Positions 18,759 through 29,267 of a stretch of 64,000 nt of DNA are shown here, in pieces. The translations under genes were made by a program, and so were the position numbers. Numbering within the stretch: position 1 is the stretch's first letter; each line of letters starts with the position of its first letter. The notes beneath the pieces were generated by a model. The model made no database searches. It had not been told where the DNA came from and saw nothing but the letters and a program-made list of their open reading frames with translations. This DNA comes from Candidatus Hermodarchaeota archaeon (GTDB taxonomy: Archaea > Asgardarchaeota > Thorarchaeia > Thorarchaeales > Thorarchaeaceae). Location: positions 96,001 through 160,000 of the forward strand of contig JBHLLF010000001.1 of NCBI GenBank assembly GCA_048885865.1, written 5' to 3'.

Positions 18759-20366
18759 ATGCAAGTGGCGGAGATTGCCTTCAATATTATTGGTGGACTT
18801 GCTCTCTTTATGTTTGCCATCACAATGTTGAGGGAGACCTTGGGGAAACTGTCGGGGGCGCGTGTTGTCAGAATCCTAGAACGAGTTAGTAGTAATCCGA
18901 TAAATGGAATGGCCGCTGGGACCGCCACTACATTCATGACGCAGAGCTCAAGCATCACAGTACTAACTCTGATTGGCTTTGTTAATGCGGGCATGATGAC
19001 ATTCAGGCAATCAGTCAATATCATGTTAGGGTCAGAGATTGGCACCACGGTGACAGCACAGCTTGTTTCCTTCGACATAGGATTGGCGTTTTGGCCACTT
19101 GTAGCCATTGGTTTCTTTATGAGTTTCTTCTTTAAGAATGAAAAAGTCAAACTCACAGGAAAGGTGATCTTCAGTCTGGGTCTGCTCTTCCTTGCAATGG
19201 ACTTCATGAAACAGGGAGCAAGACCCCTAACAACTGACTACCCCTTTTTTAGGGACCTTATCAATGACTACGGAGCTATTCCCCTTTATGGGATTCTGAT
19301 TGGTGCTCTGATTGCGGGAATTACGCAGAGCAGTTCAGCAACGACAAGTCTTGTTATTGCAATGGGTGCTGCAGGAGTCATAGATTTGGGGCCAGGAATC
19401 GCCCTTGTGATGGGAGCCAACATTGGCACTTGCTTTCTTGAGTTGTTCGCCGCTATTGGCGCCACTACTCCAGCAAAAAGAACTGCTATTGCTCAGACAT
19501 TGATTAATGTCATTGGGGTTGCGATTTTCCTTCCCATCCTGGCACCTTTTACTGTTCTAACGCAAGCTACTGCGGCGGAGCTACCGAGGCAGCTCGCCAA
19601 CGCGCATACGATATTCAATGTAATAGTGAGCTTCATCTTTGTGCCTCTTGTAGGCGGCTTGGTAAAACTGTGTGAGCGCCTCATACCTGACAAGGAAGGC
19701 GAGATTATTGGTCGCTACCATTTTGATGACCAAATGTTGAATATGCCCCAAGCAGCATTAATCGAAGCAGAACGTGAGATTATTCGCACTGCCGAATTGA
19801 CTATGCAAATGATTCAACGAAGTAAAGAGGCACTTCTTCACGGTCAAACCGACGAAGGTGATAGAGTCATGCTTCTGGAAGACGAGGTAGATGACAGGTG
19901 TAGGACTACCGAAGAATTCATCGACAAGATTCGAGAGGAGGAATTAGGCCAGTTTGACATCATTTGGCGCATGAAGCTTCTTGCAGTTTTAACTGATGTT
20001 GAGCGTGTTGGAGATCTCTCTCAGAACCTTGCAGAATTCGCACTTCATCGTTTTAGGAATGGTGTGACTTTCTCAGATGCAGCTATCAATGATCTCTCAA
20101 AAATGTTTGAAATGGTTGAAGAAACCTACGCCACTTCAATAGAAGCTCTGCGAACCCGAAACAAAGATCTAGCAAGAGTAGCTGTACACATGGAAGACGA
20201 AGTTGATGTTTTCGAGCGACAAATCCGCGAAGCCCATATCCAACGCCTTAGAGATGGCATATGTGTTGCGGAAGCGGACACGGTATTCGTGGAGTCTATC
20301 AGGAACCTTGAGAGAATAAGTGATCATGCAGACAACATTGCTCTAGATGTCATCATGGAGCACTAG
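18759..20366 (+). CDS. Na+/Pi cotransporter (NptA/SLC34 family) with C-terminal PhoU domains
   Basis: Two QSSS repeats, GANIGT, and ERVGD/ERISDHA PhoU motifs. Confidence 0.92.
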   Translation: MQVAEIAFNIIGGLALFMFAITMLRETLGKLSGARVVRILERVSSNPINGMAAGTATTFMTQSSSITVLTLIGFVNAGMMTFRQSVNIMLGSEIGTTVTAQLVSFDIGLAFWPLVAIGFFMSFFFKNEKVKLTGKVIFSLGLLFLAMDFMKQGARPLTTDYPFFRDLINDYGAIPLYGILIGALIAGITQSSSATTSLVIAMGAAGVIDLGPGIALVMGANIGTCFLELFAAIGATTPAKRTAIAQTLINVIGVAIFLPILAPFTVLTQATAAELPRQLANAHTIFNVIVSFIFVPLVGGLVKLCERLIPDKEGEIIGRYHFDDQMLNMPQAALIEAEREIIRTAELTMQMIQRSKEALLHGQTDEGDRVMLLEDEVDDRCRTTEEFIDKIREEELGQFDIIWRMKLLAVLTDVERVGDLSQNLAEFALHRFRNGVTFSDAAINDLSKMFEMVEETYATSIEALRTRNKDLARVAVHMEDEVDVFERQIREAHIQRLRDGICVAEADTVFVESIRNLERISDHADNIALDVIMEH

Positions 20367-20443
20367 ACCAAGCCTAGATGTGCAAGAGTTTATGATGACA
20401 TCCTGCAGAACTAACATAGTTATCCCAAATGGGAGACTGACGA

Positions 20444-21283
20444 ATGGCAGGAAAGAAGCTTAACGATCTGGATGGCAAGGAGTGGGTCAAGAGCACAAAG
20501 TCGTGGTTTGTTGTCAATCCCCGCTCCAGAAGCAGAAATCAGTTGACTCATCCAGCAAAGTTTCCAGAAGAGCTTGTAGTCCGTTTTGTGGAATATTTCA
20601 CGAGAGCGGGCGGCTGGGTCATTGATCCTTTTGCTGGAGTAGCAAGTACCATGGTAGCATGCAAGGCATTAGACCGCAGTTCGGTTGGAGTAGAGCTCAA
20701 TCCTGAGTTTGCCGAAATCGGACAACAAGAATTGAAGTCAACCTCTGGGTCTGGAAATCATCATATCCTAACAGGGGACTCAATGGACATCGCGGCTATT
20801 TTGGAAACACACTTCGGCGATGAGGTTCCAGAGTTTGATTACTTAATCACCTCGCCACCATACTACAACATGCTCAGGAAATCGAGAGGTGGAAATGAAA
20901 CTGTTCACAAAGAGAGGGGTGAGAAGGGGTTGAAGCAGCATTACAGCAGCTCCTCCTCTGACCTGGGCAACATAGAATCCTATGATGAGTATTTGGAAAA
21001 TGTTGGCATAGTCATTGATGCAGTGTACCCCTATTTGCGAAATGGAGCATATATGACAGTTATTGTTCAAAACATGCGAGATGAGGGGAACCTCTTTCGA
21101 CCCATTGCTTGGGATCTGGCAAGACGTTTCTCTGAGGTTTATGAATTGCGGCAGGAACAAGTCTGGTGTCAGGACAACAAGCGGCTAGGATGCTGGGGCT
21201 TTCCCTCTACATATGTTTCGAATGTGCACCACCATTACTGTCTGATTCTCCAGAAACAGGTTGCGAATGATGACTTATCTTAA
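20444..21283 (+). CDS. Amino (N4C/N6A-type) DNA methyltransferase, orphan
   Basis: HPAKFP, DPFAG (motif I) and TSPPY (motif IV). Confidence 0.8.
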   Translation: MAGKKLNDLDGKEWVKSTKSWFVVNPRSRSRNQLTHPAKFPEELVVRFVEYFTRAGGWVIDPFAGVASTMVACKALDRSSVGVELNPEFAEIGQQELKSTSGSGNHHILTGDSMDIAAILETHFGDEVPEFDYLITSPPYYNMLRKSRGGNETVHKERGEKGLKQHYSSSSSDLGNIESYDEYLENVGIVIDAVYPYLRNGAYMTVIVQNMRDEGNLFRPIAWDLARRFSEVYELRQEQVWCQDNKRLGCWGFPSTYVSNVHHHYCLILQKQVANDDLS

Positions 21284-21337
21284 CCAAGCCTACATGAAAT
21301 CCGTCGCCCTAAACCAGTCATTTCAGATCCAATAGTG

Positions 21338-22960
21338 CTAGCCAGGGTTGCAGAAATGGTATCCGTGGAAGTCATCGTCAGCATCCATGACGATTGTTTC
21401 CTCCGTTGAGCATACCTCAATAAGACCCTCATCACCATCAAATGGTAGGGTGGTGTTAGCAACAACCAACACCTCGAAAGTATATTCACTCAACAATATT
21501 GGCTCAGCGGAACTCGCGCTTTCTTCTGGGGAATATAGAAGATTCATGACAATGAGTAATTTGCCGCCAACTGGGAGCCAAGGAACAAAGAGTTTGCTAT
21601 CATCAAAAGTGATTTCCAAATCATCCATGAAGTTGTATGTGCCTGCCTGAATGAATGGATTGCAGCTGGCGATGAAGAGAAATACGGGTCTTGGCCAATG
21701 TCCCGGTTCCTTAAGCCAGACTGAAAGATGACGTATGCTGAAGTCCATAGGTATATCGAGGTTCATCTCCAGCTCACAGATATCTAGAGGCCAATTGTTC
21801 TCCAACGTAACAGTGAACATGATTCTATCTGGCCAGAAACGAGACCTGTAGATTGATGAATCGAGATTCAGGCTTGCTAATACGACCTCGATAGTGTGCG
21901 GCTCTTCAATATTCTCAAACTCATCTATGCTATAAAATGAAACATTTCTTAGGCCGTTTTGGCGAGAGAGATAGAATGGCTCAGCGTATTCGAGCCAAGG
22001 TCCTCCATCGATGCAATACATAGTCGTGATATCTGACGCATGTTCGCTTGAAGCTATGAGATTGAACTCTGTATTTGATGTGACAAATGTTGTACCGCTC
22101 ATATCAACGTAGTGCGTTCCCATATCCAGTGTGGTTACTGGAGGCGCTGTCGGTGTTGGTGGCGGGGCTGGTGGCATTATAGATTCATAGATTTCAATTG
22201 TGAAGTTCCAAACAGTGCTCCAATCACTGGGATTTCCGGCGATATCGAAAGCTTGGCATCTCCAGAAGTATGTTCCCTCTTCGAGATTGTTGATAGTCAA
22301 GTTTAGAGTGGAGGCAGGTACAGTTTCATGAAGGAAAAGGGTATCTGCCGAGAAGATGCTTGAGTTATAGACTTCGATAACTGATGACTGTATGCCACTG
22401 ATATCTGATGGCACCTTCCATTCCAGAGTGACTTTACCCTGATCAAATTCCATTCCGTCCAGAGGCGCAATCAATGAAGGTTGCCCTTCATATAATGTGT
22501 CGATACGAAATGTCCAAGCCGCGCTGAATTCTCCAAGACTGCCATTGAGAGTCCTCACCGCCCAGGAGTAATCACCATCAGTTTCGCCTGGTATTCCTGA
22601 TGCTGAGTTCAACCAAATCTGGAATGAAGTGGCAGCTACTGGGATATAGATTGGTTCAGCCATGCCTGGCATCACGAGCATTAGCTCATATCCCTGAGCG
22701 TCTGCAACAGGTTCCCACTCAAAGATAACTGGTCCTGCATCAATTTGACTCCGCCCAAAAATCTCACCATTAGCTGGTGCGATAAGTCCTGGTGGTGGAA
22801 GTTCAGATACTATCATTTGTGTAGGGAGTTTTGATGGAAACAACTCTGAGGATTTGTCCGTCACCATTTCAGCTACATTCCCCGAGGATACAGCGGTACT
22901 CAGGACAAGTAGAAATGCACATGATAATAATAGGAATATCAACCGATCTCGGCTCTGCAG
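21338..22960 (-). CDS. Secreted/surface protein with fibronectin-III-like and Ig-like domains (start uncertain)
   Basis: Signal peptide. Two Y(S/F)W...SxxWxF FN3-like repeats. Pro/Thr linker. YCIDGGPW...VSFYSID beta domain. Confidence 0.7.
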   Translation of the reverse strand: MQSRDRLIFLLLSCAFLLVLSTAVSSGNVAEMVTDKSSELFPSKLPTQMIVSELPPPGLIAPANGEIFGRSQIDAGPVIFEWEPVADAQGYELMLVMPGMAEPIYIPVAATSFQIWLNSASGIPGETDGDYSWAVRTLNGSLGEFSAAWTFRIDTLYEGQPSLIAPLDGMEFDQGKVTLEWKVPSDISGIQSSVIEVYNSSIFSADTLFLHETVPASTLNLTINNLEEGTYFWRCQAFDIAGNPSDWSTVWNFTIEIYESIMPPAPPPTPTAPPVTTLDMGTHYVDMSGTTFVTSNTEFNLIASSEHASDITTMYCIDGGPWLEYAEPFYLSRQNGLRNVSFYSIDEFENIEEPHTIEVVLASLNLDSSIYRSRFWPDRIMFTVTLENNWPLDICELEMNLDIPMDFSIRHLSVWLKEPGHWPRPVFLFIASCNPFIQAGTYNFMDDLEITFDDSKLFVPWLPVGGKLLIVMNLLYSPEESASSAEPILLSEYTFEVLVVANTTLPFDGDEGLIEVCSTEETIVMDADDDFHGYHFCNPG

Positions 22961-23148
22961 CTTTTTCCTCTCCCTCAAGCGAAGCCTACTGGTGGTGAAT
23001 CTGCTATCTGACGCACACGCGGTGGTCCAACGCATCCCCTTGACCCGTTTTAAGGTTTATAACAAAAACAATCGTTTCAATTTTTGCGGAATTCCTTACG
23101 AAAAATGAGGCGGATGGTTCATAAAGAAGGCACTTCTGCGAAGAATCC

Positions 23149-24021
23149 ATGCCTGAAAAAATCCGAGCTCTCAAAATATCAGATCATCGGGCAGTCAATG
23201 AACTATGTATGGGAATATGGGGAGGCCGAGACTATGTTCCCGATAGATTTCCGAAATGGATTGATAATAGTTTCAACTATCCGTTTGGAATCTTTGATGG
23301 AGCTGTTCTTCAGGCAATAGGCAATCTCGAAATCAAATCTGCCAATAAGACTGGATGGATCAAGGGGCTAAGAGTGAGAGAATCTGCAAGAAGAAGGGGA
23401 CTTGCATCCAAAATTGTCAATCAGATGATTTTGCAAGCCAAGCAAATCGGAATGGAAACCTTGCGGTATGCAACCAGCTCCAGAAATATAGCTTCAATGA
23501 AGGTAGCAGAGAGTCTTGGATTTGCAGTCACAAATGATGTCCGTTACTTTAGGCTCGAGCCACCTTTTCCTCCTCATCCAAGTCCAAGCCCGAGCATAAT
23601 ACCTCTCGCAATCCTTCCTAAGCGATTGCATGAGATTCTTGAAACTACCGACCTAGTCCAAGGCGAAACATTCCCAATACGGTGGGAGTTTCACAATAAA
23701 GACATCAATAGCCTAGAAGCAATCCTCGAACGCGAGATTGCTCAAGTTGTCTTTGGTGACACTGGCAAGGCGGAATCCCTGACTTTCGTCTATACCTTCG
23801 AGAGAGATGACCAGAAGACTACAGCCTTCTCCATTTATTCAACGAATCGAACTGTGTTTGTTGATATATTTTCAAGAGCTCTGGACTATCTCGAAGCTAC
23901 AAAGACTGATCGAGCGGTGTTCTTCCTCGGGCCCAGAGTTGAAACATGGGTTGAATACATTATTGAAATCCCAGAGGAATTTGCTGGGCGTCGATTCATT
24001 CTTTACGAGAAGAATCTATAG
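23149..24021 (+). CDS. GNAT family N-acetyltransferase
   Basis: LRVRESARRRGLAS and NIASMKVAESLGF motifs. Confidence 0.88.
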   Translation: MPEKIRALKISDHRAVNELCMGIWGGRDYVPDRFPKWIDNSFNYPFGIFDGAVLQAIGNLEIKSANKTGWIKGLRVRESARRRGLASKIVNQMILQAKQIGMETLRYATSSRNIASMKVAESLGFAVTNDVRYFRLEPPFPPHPSPSPSIIPLAILPKRLHEILETTDLVQGETFPIRWEFHNKDINSLEAILEREIAQVVFGDTGKAESLTFVYTFERDDQKTTAFSIYSTNRTVFVDIFSRALDYLEATKTDRAVFFLGPRVETWVEYIIEIPEEFAGRRFILYEKNL

Positions 24022-24089
24022 ATTGGATAAATTCAATAAAACTAGGGATAGGCTGAGAGATCAGCCTATTCCTCAATAAATCGTTGTTT

Positions 24090-24449
24090 CTAGGTGAAAT
24101 GCTGACTAGTGGTGGGAAGTATATAGTATACGATCGTGATGGCGGTTAGCCCAACGCCTGCCCAGTTCGCACCATATGCATACAGCAGAGCTCCGGCAAT
24201 AAGGAATACCACCGCAAGCGTCCAAGACATCCTATCCTGCTTCAATATCTGGAAATACAGGAATATTGCTATCACGCCGAGAATGATACCTGCTCCAGAA
24301 GCAACATCCTCCCATACAGCAAATCCCAGTCCGCCAACAATAATTCCCGTAATAGCATTAAGGATCATTAGAAAGCCTGCAATAGTGACCTCTCTGGGTC
24401 TTTCACCTCCCCGAATGCCACTATCATCAGCCATTGGTATTTCGGTCAT
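24090..24449 (-). CDS. Small 4-TM membrane protein
   Basis: RPxxVT N-terminus and four hydrophobic helices. Confidence 0.7.
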   Translation of the reverse strand: MTEIPMADDSGIRGGERPREVTIAGFLMILNAITGIIVGGLGFAVWEDVASGAGIILGVIAIFLYFQILKQDRMSWTLAVVFLIAGALLYAYGANWAGVGLTAITIVYYILPTTSQHFT

Positions 24450-24504
24450 AGCGCAAGAGCTTGATTTCGTGACACTTTATTCTTTCGAAACGCACTAATT
24501 AGGA

Positions 24505-24978
24505 CTAGTCAGGGTCCTCTTCGTACTCTTCTAGCACAGACCAGTGTGGCGCATATGTGATGGGTTCGAGGTCTCTCTGCTGCAATTCAAGCTCTTCGAC
24601 TTCCGCAACTCTTTTCCGCAAGGTGTACGACTTGGCACCCTCCCACCAAAGATATGCACTAAGGTCCTTCGAGAACTCGCCTTGATACCTTCCGCATGTC
24701 CCCCCACAGAACACCCTGTCCTCTCTTATCTCGAGTGTACCCTCGCACCACTTGCAGACCGCTTCCCTACCATGGGCATGAATACGTCCGTCCATTACTT
24801 GCACGAGAAGAACAGTACCATCAAAGTTGCAGACGCCCCACTCTTTCTTCTTGATGACAGTTTTCCCCCAGATCTCTCCTGTGGGAACTCGGAGCTTTTC
24901 TGACGAGTCCTGTTTCTTCTTTTTGTCCTTGCTGGACTCATCAAAGTCGGTCAGCCGCGTCTGCACAGTACGTCTCAT
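24505..24978 (-). CDS. Hypothetical zinc-ribbon protein with N-terminal PIP-box-like motif
   Basis: CKWC...CGGTC and QTRLTDF. Confidence 0.65.
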   Translation of the reverse strand: MRRTVQTRLTDFDESSKDKKKKQDSSEKLRVPTGEIWGKTVIKKKEWGVCNFDGTVLLVQVMDGRIHAHGREAVCKWCEGTLEIREDRVFCGGTCGRYQGEFSKDLSAYLWWEGAKSYTLRKRVAEVEELELQQRDLEPITYAPHWSVLEEYEEDPD

Positions 24979-25026
24979 GATTCAATGTGCCGATGTGTTG
25001 CTGATAAACACGTACATCACAGGTGT

Positions 25027-25992
25027 CTATCCTGAGAGCTCTTCCAGAAGGCCCATCATCCATTCATCATAGGGCTTATTCTTTGACCATGTTTCTTCGA
25101 AGGGAGTCATTATGAGTTCACCATTGACCTCTCCAACCATCCCCCTGTGCTTCCCTCCCAGAAGGCATTCGATTGCGAAGGCTCCAAGACGGGTGGCAAG
25201 GATTCTGTCAAAATGAGTAGGATTTCCTCCTCTTTGGATATAGCCTAATACGGAAACTCTGCACTTCTCGCCAATCCTCTTTGAGAGTTCCTCGCCAATA
25301 ACAGTCGCATTGCCAAGCTCGTCGCCCTCTGCAACCACAACTAACACACTTGATTTTGCCTTTTCGCGCGCCTCAATCACTCTCTTCGCAAGTTCTTCAA
25401 TCTTGGTTGGAGTTTCTGGGATGACAATTGCTGATGCTCCTGTGGCAATACCTACATGAACTGCAATGAACCCATGATTGCGCCCCATAACCTCAACTAG
25501 GAAGATGCGAGAAAAGGCTTCGGCAGTATCGCGTATTTTGTCTAATGCCTCTAGTGCATTATTGACAGCTGTATCAAAGCCTATTGTATAGTCAGAACCA
25601 TAGAGGTCGTTGTCAATGGTTCCCGGCAATCCTATCAAGCGACCATTCCAATGTCTGCTGAGTGCAGCTAGACCACGCATAGTCCCATCGCCCCCTATGG
25701 CGACTAACGCATCGATTCCCTTGTCCTCTAACACCTTTGCAGCTTTCTTCTGACCTTCTTCAGTTTTGAATTCTTCAGACCTGCCAGTAGTTAGCATTGT
25801 TCCTCCACGGTGTAGAATTCTTGATACTGATCTCGAATTGAGTTCATGTATCTGATTGGTGAGAATTCCGTGAAATCCTCCGAATATCCCGTATATCTGA
25901 CAGTCACGACTGATACCAACTCTAGTTATGGCCCTGATGGCTGCATTCATTCCAGGACCATCGCCACCACTAGTGAGAACTCCAATTTTCAT
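25027..25992 (-). CDS. pfkA: ATP-dependent 6-phosphofructokinase
   Basis: TSGGDGPGMN, IGGDGT, PGTIDND, EVMGR and LGYIQRGG motifs. Confidence 0.95.
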   Translation of the reverse strand: MKIGVLTSGGDGPGMNAAIRAITRVGISRDCQIYGIFGGFHGILTNQIHELNSRSVSRILHRGGTMLTTGRSEEFKTEEGQKKAAKVLEDKGIDALVAIGGDGTMRGLAALSRHWNGRLIGLPGTIDNDLYGSDYTIGFDTAVNNALEALDKIRDTAEAFSRIFLVEVMGRNHGFIAVHVGIATGASAIVIPETPTKIEELAKRVIEAREKAKSSVLVVVAEGDELGNATVIGEELSKRIGEKCRVSVLGYIQRGGNPTHFDRILATRLGAFAIECLLGGKHRGMVGEVNGELIMTPFEETWSKNKPYDEWMMGLLEELSG

Positions 25993-26033
25993 AGGTTCTG
26001 GATAGCTTCATGAAGATAAAAAGAATAGCAGCA

Positions 26034-26513
26034 TTAGGAAACCGCAGCGCGTTCTCGAAAGAACATTAGATAGTCAGTTCCTGGCACATCTTTGCCAAGT
26101 ATCCTCAGCGCTGAGGCGAGCTGCCCTCTGTGGTGGGTTGTGTGTAAAATATATTGCATGAAGAAATCCATCGCTTGAATTTCAAATGGCTCATCTGATA
26201 TATGCGGGACCTCGATGGTACCCTGTGGTATTTCCCTAACAACCTCAGCGAGACGCGAATCCAATTCGTTCCACTTGGAAATCAACTCGAGTTTCGAAGA
26301 CTGAGATACCCACTTGTAGATACTATCATCCCATTTGTCATCTGCAATACTGAAACAAGTGGCTAGAGCCATGACCATGTGCTCACATATTGAACGAACA
26401 CTTTGCTGACCGAGCACCTTCTTTGTGAATTCCTTCTCCTTCAGATGTTCAACAACCTCTCGCATCCTTTTTCCGGTCCACATATGATACTCAGCGAGTT
26501 GCTTGAAGGTCAG
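26034..26513 (-). CDS. DinB/YfiT family protein (start probably CTG 26513 or GTG 26522)
   Basis: EYHMW, ICEHM and HTTHHRGQL metal-binding His motifs. Confidence 0.85.
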   Translation of the reverse strand: MTFKQLAEYHMWTGKRMREVVEHLKEKEFTKKVLGQQSVRSICEHMVMALATCFSIADDKWDDSIYKWVSQSSKLELISKWNELDSRLAEVVREIPQGTIEVPHISDEPFEIQAMDFFMQYILHTTHHRGQLASALRILGKDVPGTDYLMFFRERAAVS

Positions 26514-26756
26514 GCTAATCACTCCAAAGGAGAATGTGAATACCATAAACACTTCAGGTTTATCTTTCCTTTGCACTGACTCATTTGATTCTATTAAGCA
26601 CATCAACTATTGATGCCTTCTTCAGGGAATTTTCACTTCCCGCCCCATTTTCTTCTGAGTTCTTCTCTGACAAGGAATATGCTCTCTAGCTGAATTTGCA
26701 ACTTTCCCGACTCATAATTCCACTGAGAGCATATATCAATGCCACGAAACTTTGTG

Positions 26757-27725
26757 TTAGACTACTCCTTTGAGTTTGAGAAACACCAGCAACGGAGTAG
26801 TGATGATGAGGCTCGCTAAAACCACCACCACAAATGCCAGCGGATTCTGTTCTAGGGGCAAGTCGACATTCATTCCGTAGATCGAAGCGATTAGTGTGGG
26901 AACGCTAACCAACAGCGAGATTGATGTCAGAGTCTTCATAACCCTATTCAAATTGTGCCCAACAATTGAATCGTATTGATCCATCGCATTGGAAATGAGC
27001 GTTCTATATATTGCGCTGAGTTCCATCTGTTGCTGCAGGTCAACTTCTAGCTCCTCAAGACGATCTTCATCAAGAACAAGCCTTCCAAAACTCTGTAACC
27101 TCTTCATCCGCCGTAGCACCTTCATGTTAGATTTCAGCGCTGCTTCCATGTAGATAGCATCTCTTGAGAGCTGGAAAAAGCGATCTAATTGCGAAGGATA
27201 TAGCTCTTTGAGGATTTGGTCTTCGGTATCATGAATTGTGGCTTCAATGATATCAAGCATAGTCTCGAAACTATGTATGACGATCTCCCAGGTGTTGTAA
27301 ATAACACCACTTACAGTAGTAGTACGACGTAAAACTCCTTTGAGTCGTCTTTTTCGCAGAGGAATATCCTCGTTTTGCACTATGATGATGTCACGCCCAT
27401 TAGTAAAAAGACCAATAGGACTTGTCGAATACTCCCTGTCTTCTCCTTCCAAGTCCACAGGCACGCGGAGTACGACCATGACGAATTTATCTTCAATCTG
27501 AAGTCTTGGACGTTCATCAAGGTCTTGTAGGTCTTGCAGGTCTTCCAAATCGACTTCGAATTTGACTGATAACTCGGCAAGAATGTCAGGCCAGAGTCCA
27601 ACTACTTGAATCAGCAGAGGTTCGTCTGGTGCGCTCCCTAAATCGGGATACTCGATCCCACTCTCTAGTGCAGTCACTGTAAGCTTGCTGGTCTCTGGTT
27701 TTTCCGCCGTCGTCATCGAGCTCAC
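26757..27725 (-). CDS. corA: CorA family Mg2+ transporter
   Basis: ERPR, NRVMKTLT...IYGMN and two C-terminal TMs. Confidence 0.9.
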   Translation of the reverse strand: MSSMTTAEKPETSKLTVTALESGIEYPDLGSAPDEPLLIQVVGLWPDILAELSVKFEVDLEDLQDLQDLDERPRLQIEDKFVMVVLRVPVDLEGEDREYSTSPIGLFTNGRDIIIVQNEDIPLRKRRLKGVLRRTTTVSGVIYNTWEIVIHSFETMLDIIEATIHDTEDQILKELYPSQLDRFFQLSRDAIYMEAALKSNMKVLRRMKRLQSFGRLVLDEDRLEELEVDLQQQMELSAIYRTLISNAMDQYDSIVGHNLNRVMKTLTSISLLVSVPTLIASIYGMNVDLPLEQNPLAFVVVVLASLIITTPLLVFLKLKGVV

Positions 27726-27887
27726 CTCTATCCATTTTGCTTCACCCCATTTTCTAGTGTGTGTGTTACGTATGAGTGGTTCGAGTCTCTTAGAATTTTA
27801 GGATGCAATAGGCTGATGCATCCTTAAGGAAGCCAGTAAGATTTTCCCGCTATCTCTTTTAGGGTTTTCCGCCAGAGTAGATAACAG

Positions 27888-29204
27888 CTAGATGACGACA
27901 CTCTCAACCTCGACCTTTCTGTTCTTTTGGCTAAGAGTGTCTGCCGGCATCTTCCTCCCGCCATATAGCTCGGCATCAGCTTCACCTCGATAGAGAGCAT
28001 CAGCAATTCTGGCCATTGCATCGGCTTTCATAATACCTGAACCACTGGCGCCATTCAATACCAGCACTCCGCAATCATAATAGACGAAAGGTATTGCATC
28101 TGGACTATAGCTGTAGCCTCCAGCCCAGCTACCGACAGGCCTCGCGCCTTCGAATCCCGGGAAGTATTTGGATAGAACAGGATAGACACTGTTCTCGTAG
28201 TATGCGCTTTCAGGATTGTCATAATCTGGAGGCTGAATGTAATCGTATCTCCTACCCAGCTTATCTCCGCATCCTATCCAGAATCCTCGTTCTTGGACTT
28301 GTGGCCTGAAGTATACTCCAGCCGAAGGTAGAATTGTGAATGGTATGGTGTTCATTTCACTGAATCCTTTTGTGTCTAGCAATTCCTCCAAACCTGGCTT
28401 TCCCTCAGCATGAAGCACATAGATATGCCGCTTCTTAGCTTTTGTGCGGCTGTCCATTCCTATCGGATCTAGTAACTCGTTCGACCAAGCGCCGGTGGCT
28501 AGGACCACAGTGTCAGCGCGGATTATCCCATCCTTCGTCTTGACGCCGGTCACCCTTTTCTTCTGCCACACATAGGGCTCGCCAGGAAGGTCCAGCTTTG
28601 GATCTGCCTCCAGAAGAAGACTGTCTACATTCACATTGAATCTTGGCTTGACATCGCTGATCTTCTTGAATTCCTCGAAGTACCACTCAACTAGTCTTGT
28701 AGGATCCAGTACGCCACAATCTCCTCCAAATAGACCGTAGTCAACCTCTTGGAGGTTCATTAGCTCTGCTTCTTCATCATTGGAGAAGTCTACATTGAGA
28801 CCAGGAATCATCTCCTTGAGCTGCTTCTTATCATATACTTTGTAATGGATACCTGACTCATCCATTCTTCGTATCCAGTTCTGAACACTTTCATGATTGA
28901 ACTGAGAGTCGCTGAGCAGCCAGAGATAGCCACACTTCTCAAAGAGAAGCTCGTATCCGATATCGTTCTGGACGTGTTCGAAGTACTTGATCGATGTGTC
29001 TGTCAGCAATTGATTTGTGGACGATGCGAACATGTTTCTCACAGCAGCCGCGCTCATAGCTGTATTTGCCTGCCCGGCCATTGACATTCTATCGAGAAGA
29101 AGGATCTTCTTCTCAGGGCCATTCTTCTGGAGATAATATGCTGCTGCAACTCCTATAACACCTGCACCTACAATGACGATATCGAATGATTCCTCTGCTG
29201 ACAA
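27888..29204 (-). CDS. FAD-dependent oxidoreductase (DAO/sarcosine-oxidase/proline dehydrogenase-like); likely TTG start at 29204
   Basis: GAGVIG, VVLATGAWS, WAGGY..SPD and GSGIMKA motifs. Confidence 0.85.
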   Translation of the reverse strand: MSAEESFDIVIVGAGVIGVAAAYYLQKNGPEKKILLLDRMSMAGQANTAMSAAAVRNMFASSTNQLLTDTSIKYFEHVQNDIGYELLFEKCGYLWLLSDSQFNHESVQNWIRRMDESGIHYKVYDKKQLKEMIPGLNVDFSNDEEAELMNLQEVDYGLFGGDCGVLDPTRLVEWYFEEFKKISDVKPRFNVNVDSLLLEADPKLDLPGEPYVWQKKRVTGVKTKDGIIRADTVVLATGAWSNELLDPIGMDSRTKAKKRHIYVLHAEGKPGLEELLDTKGFSEMNTIPFTILPSAGVYFRPQVQERGFWIGCGDKLGRRYDYIQPPDYDNPESAYYENSVYPVLSKYFPGFEGARPVGSWAGGYSYSPDAIPFVYYDCGVLVLNGASGSGIMKADAMARIADALYRGEADAELYGGRKMPADTLSQKNRKVEVESVVI

Positions 29205-29267
29205 TTCAGCTACCTCCACATCACGGCCGCGGTGGTTGTATGCGCGCCTAAAACCTTTTGCGCTCAG

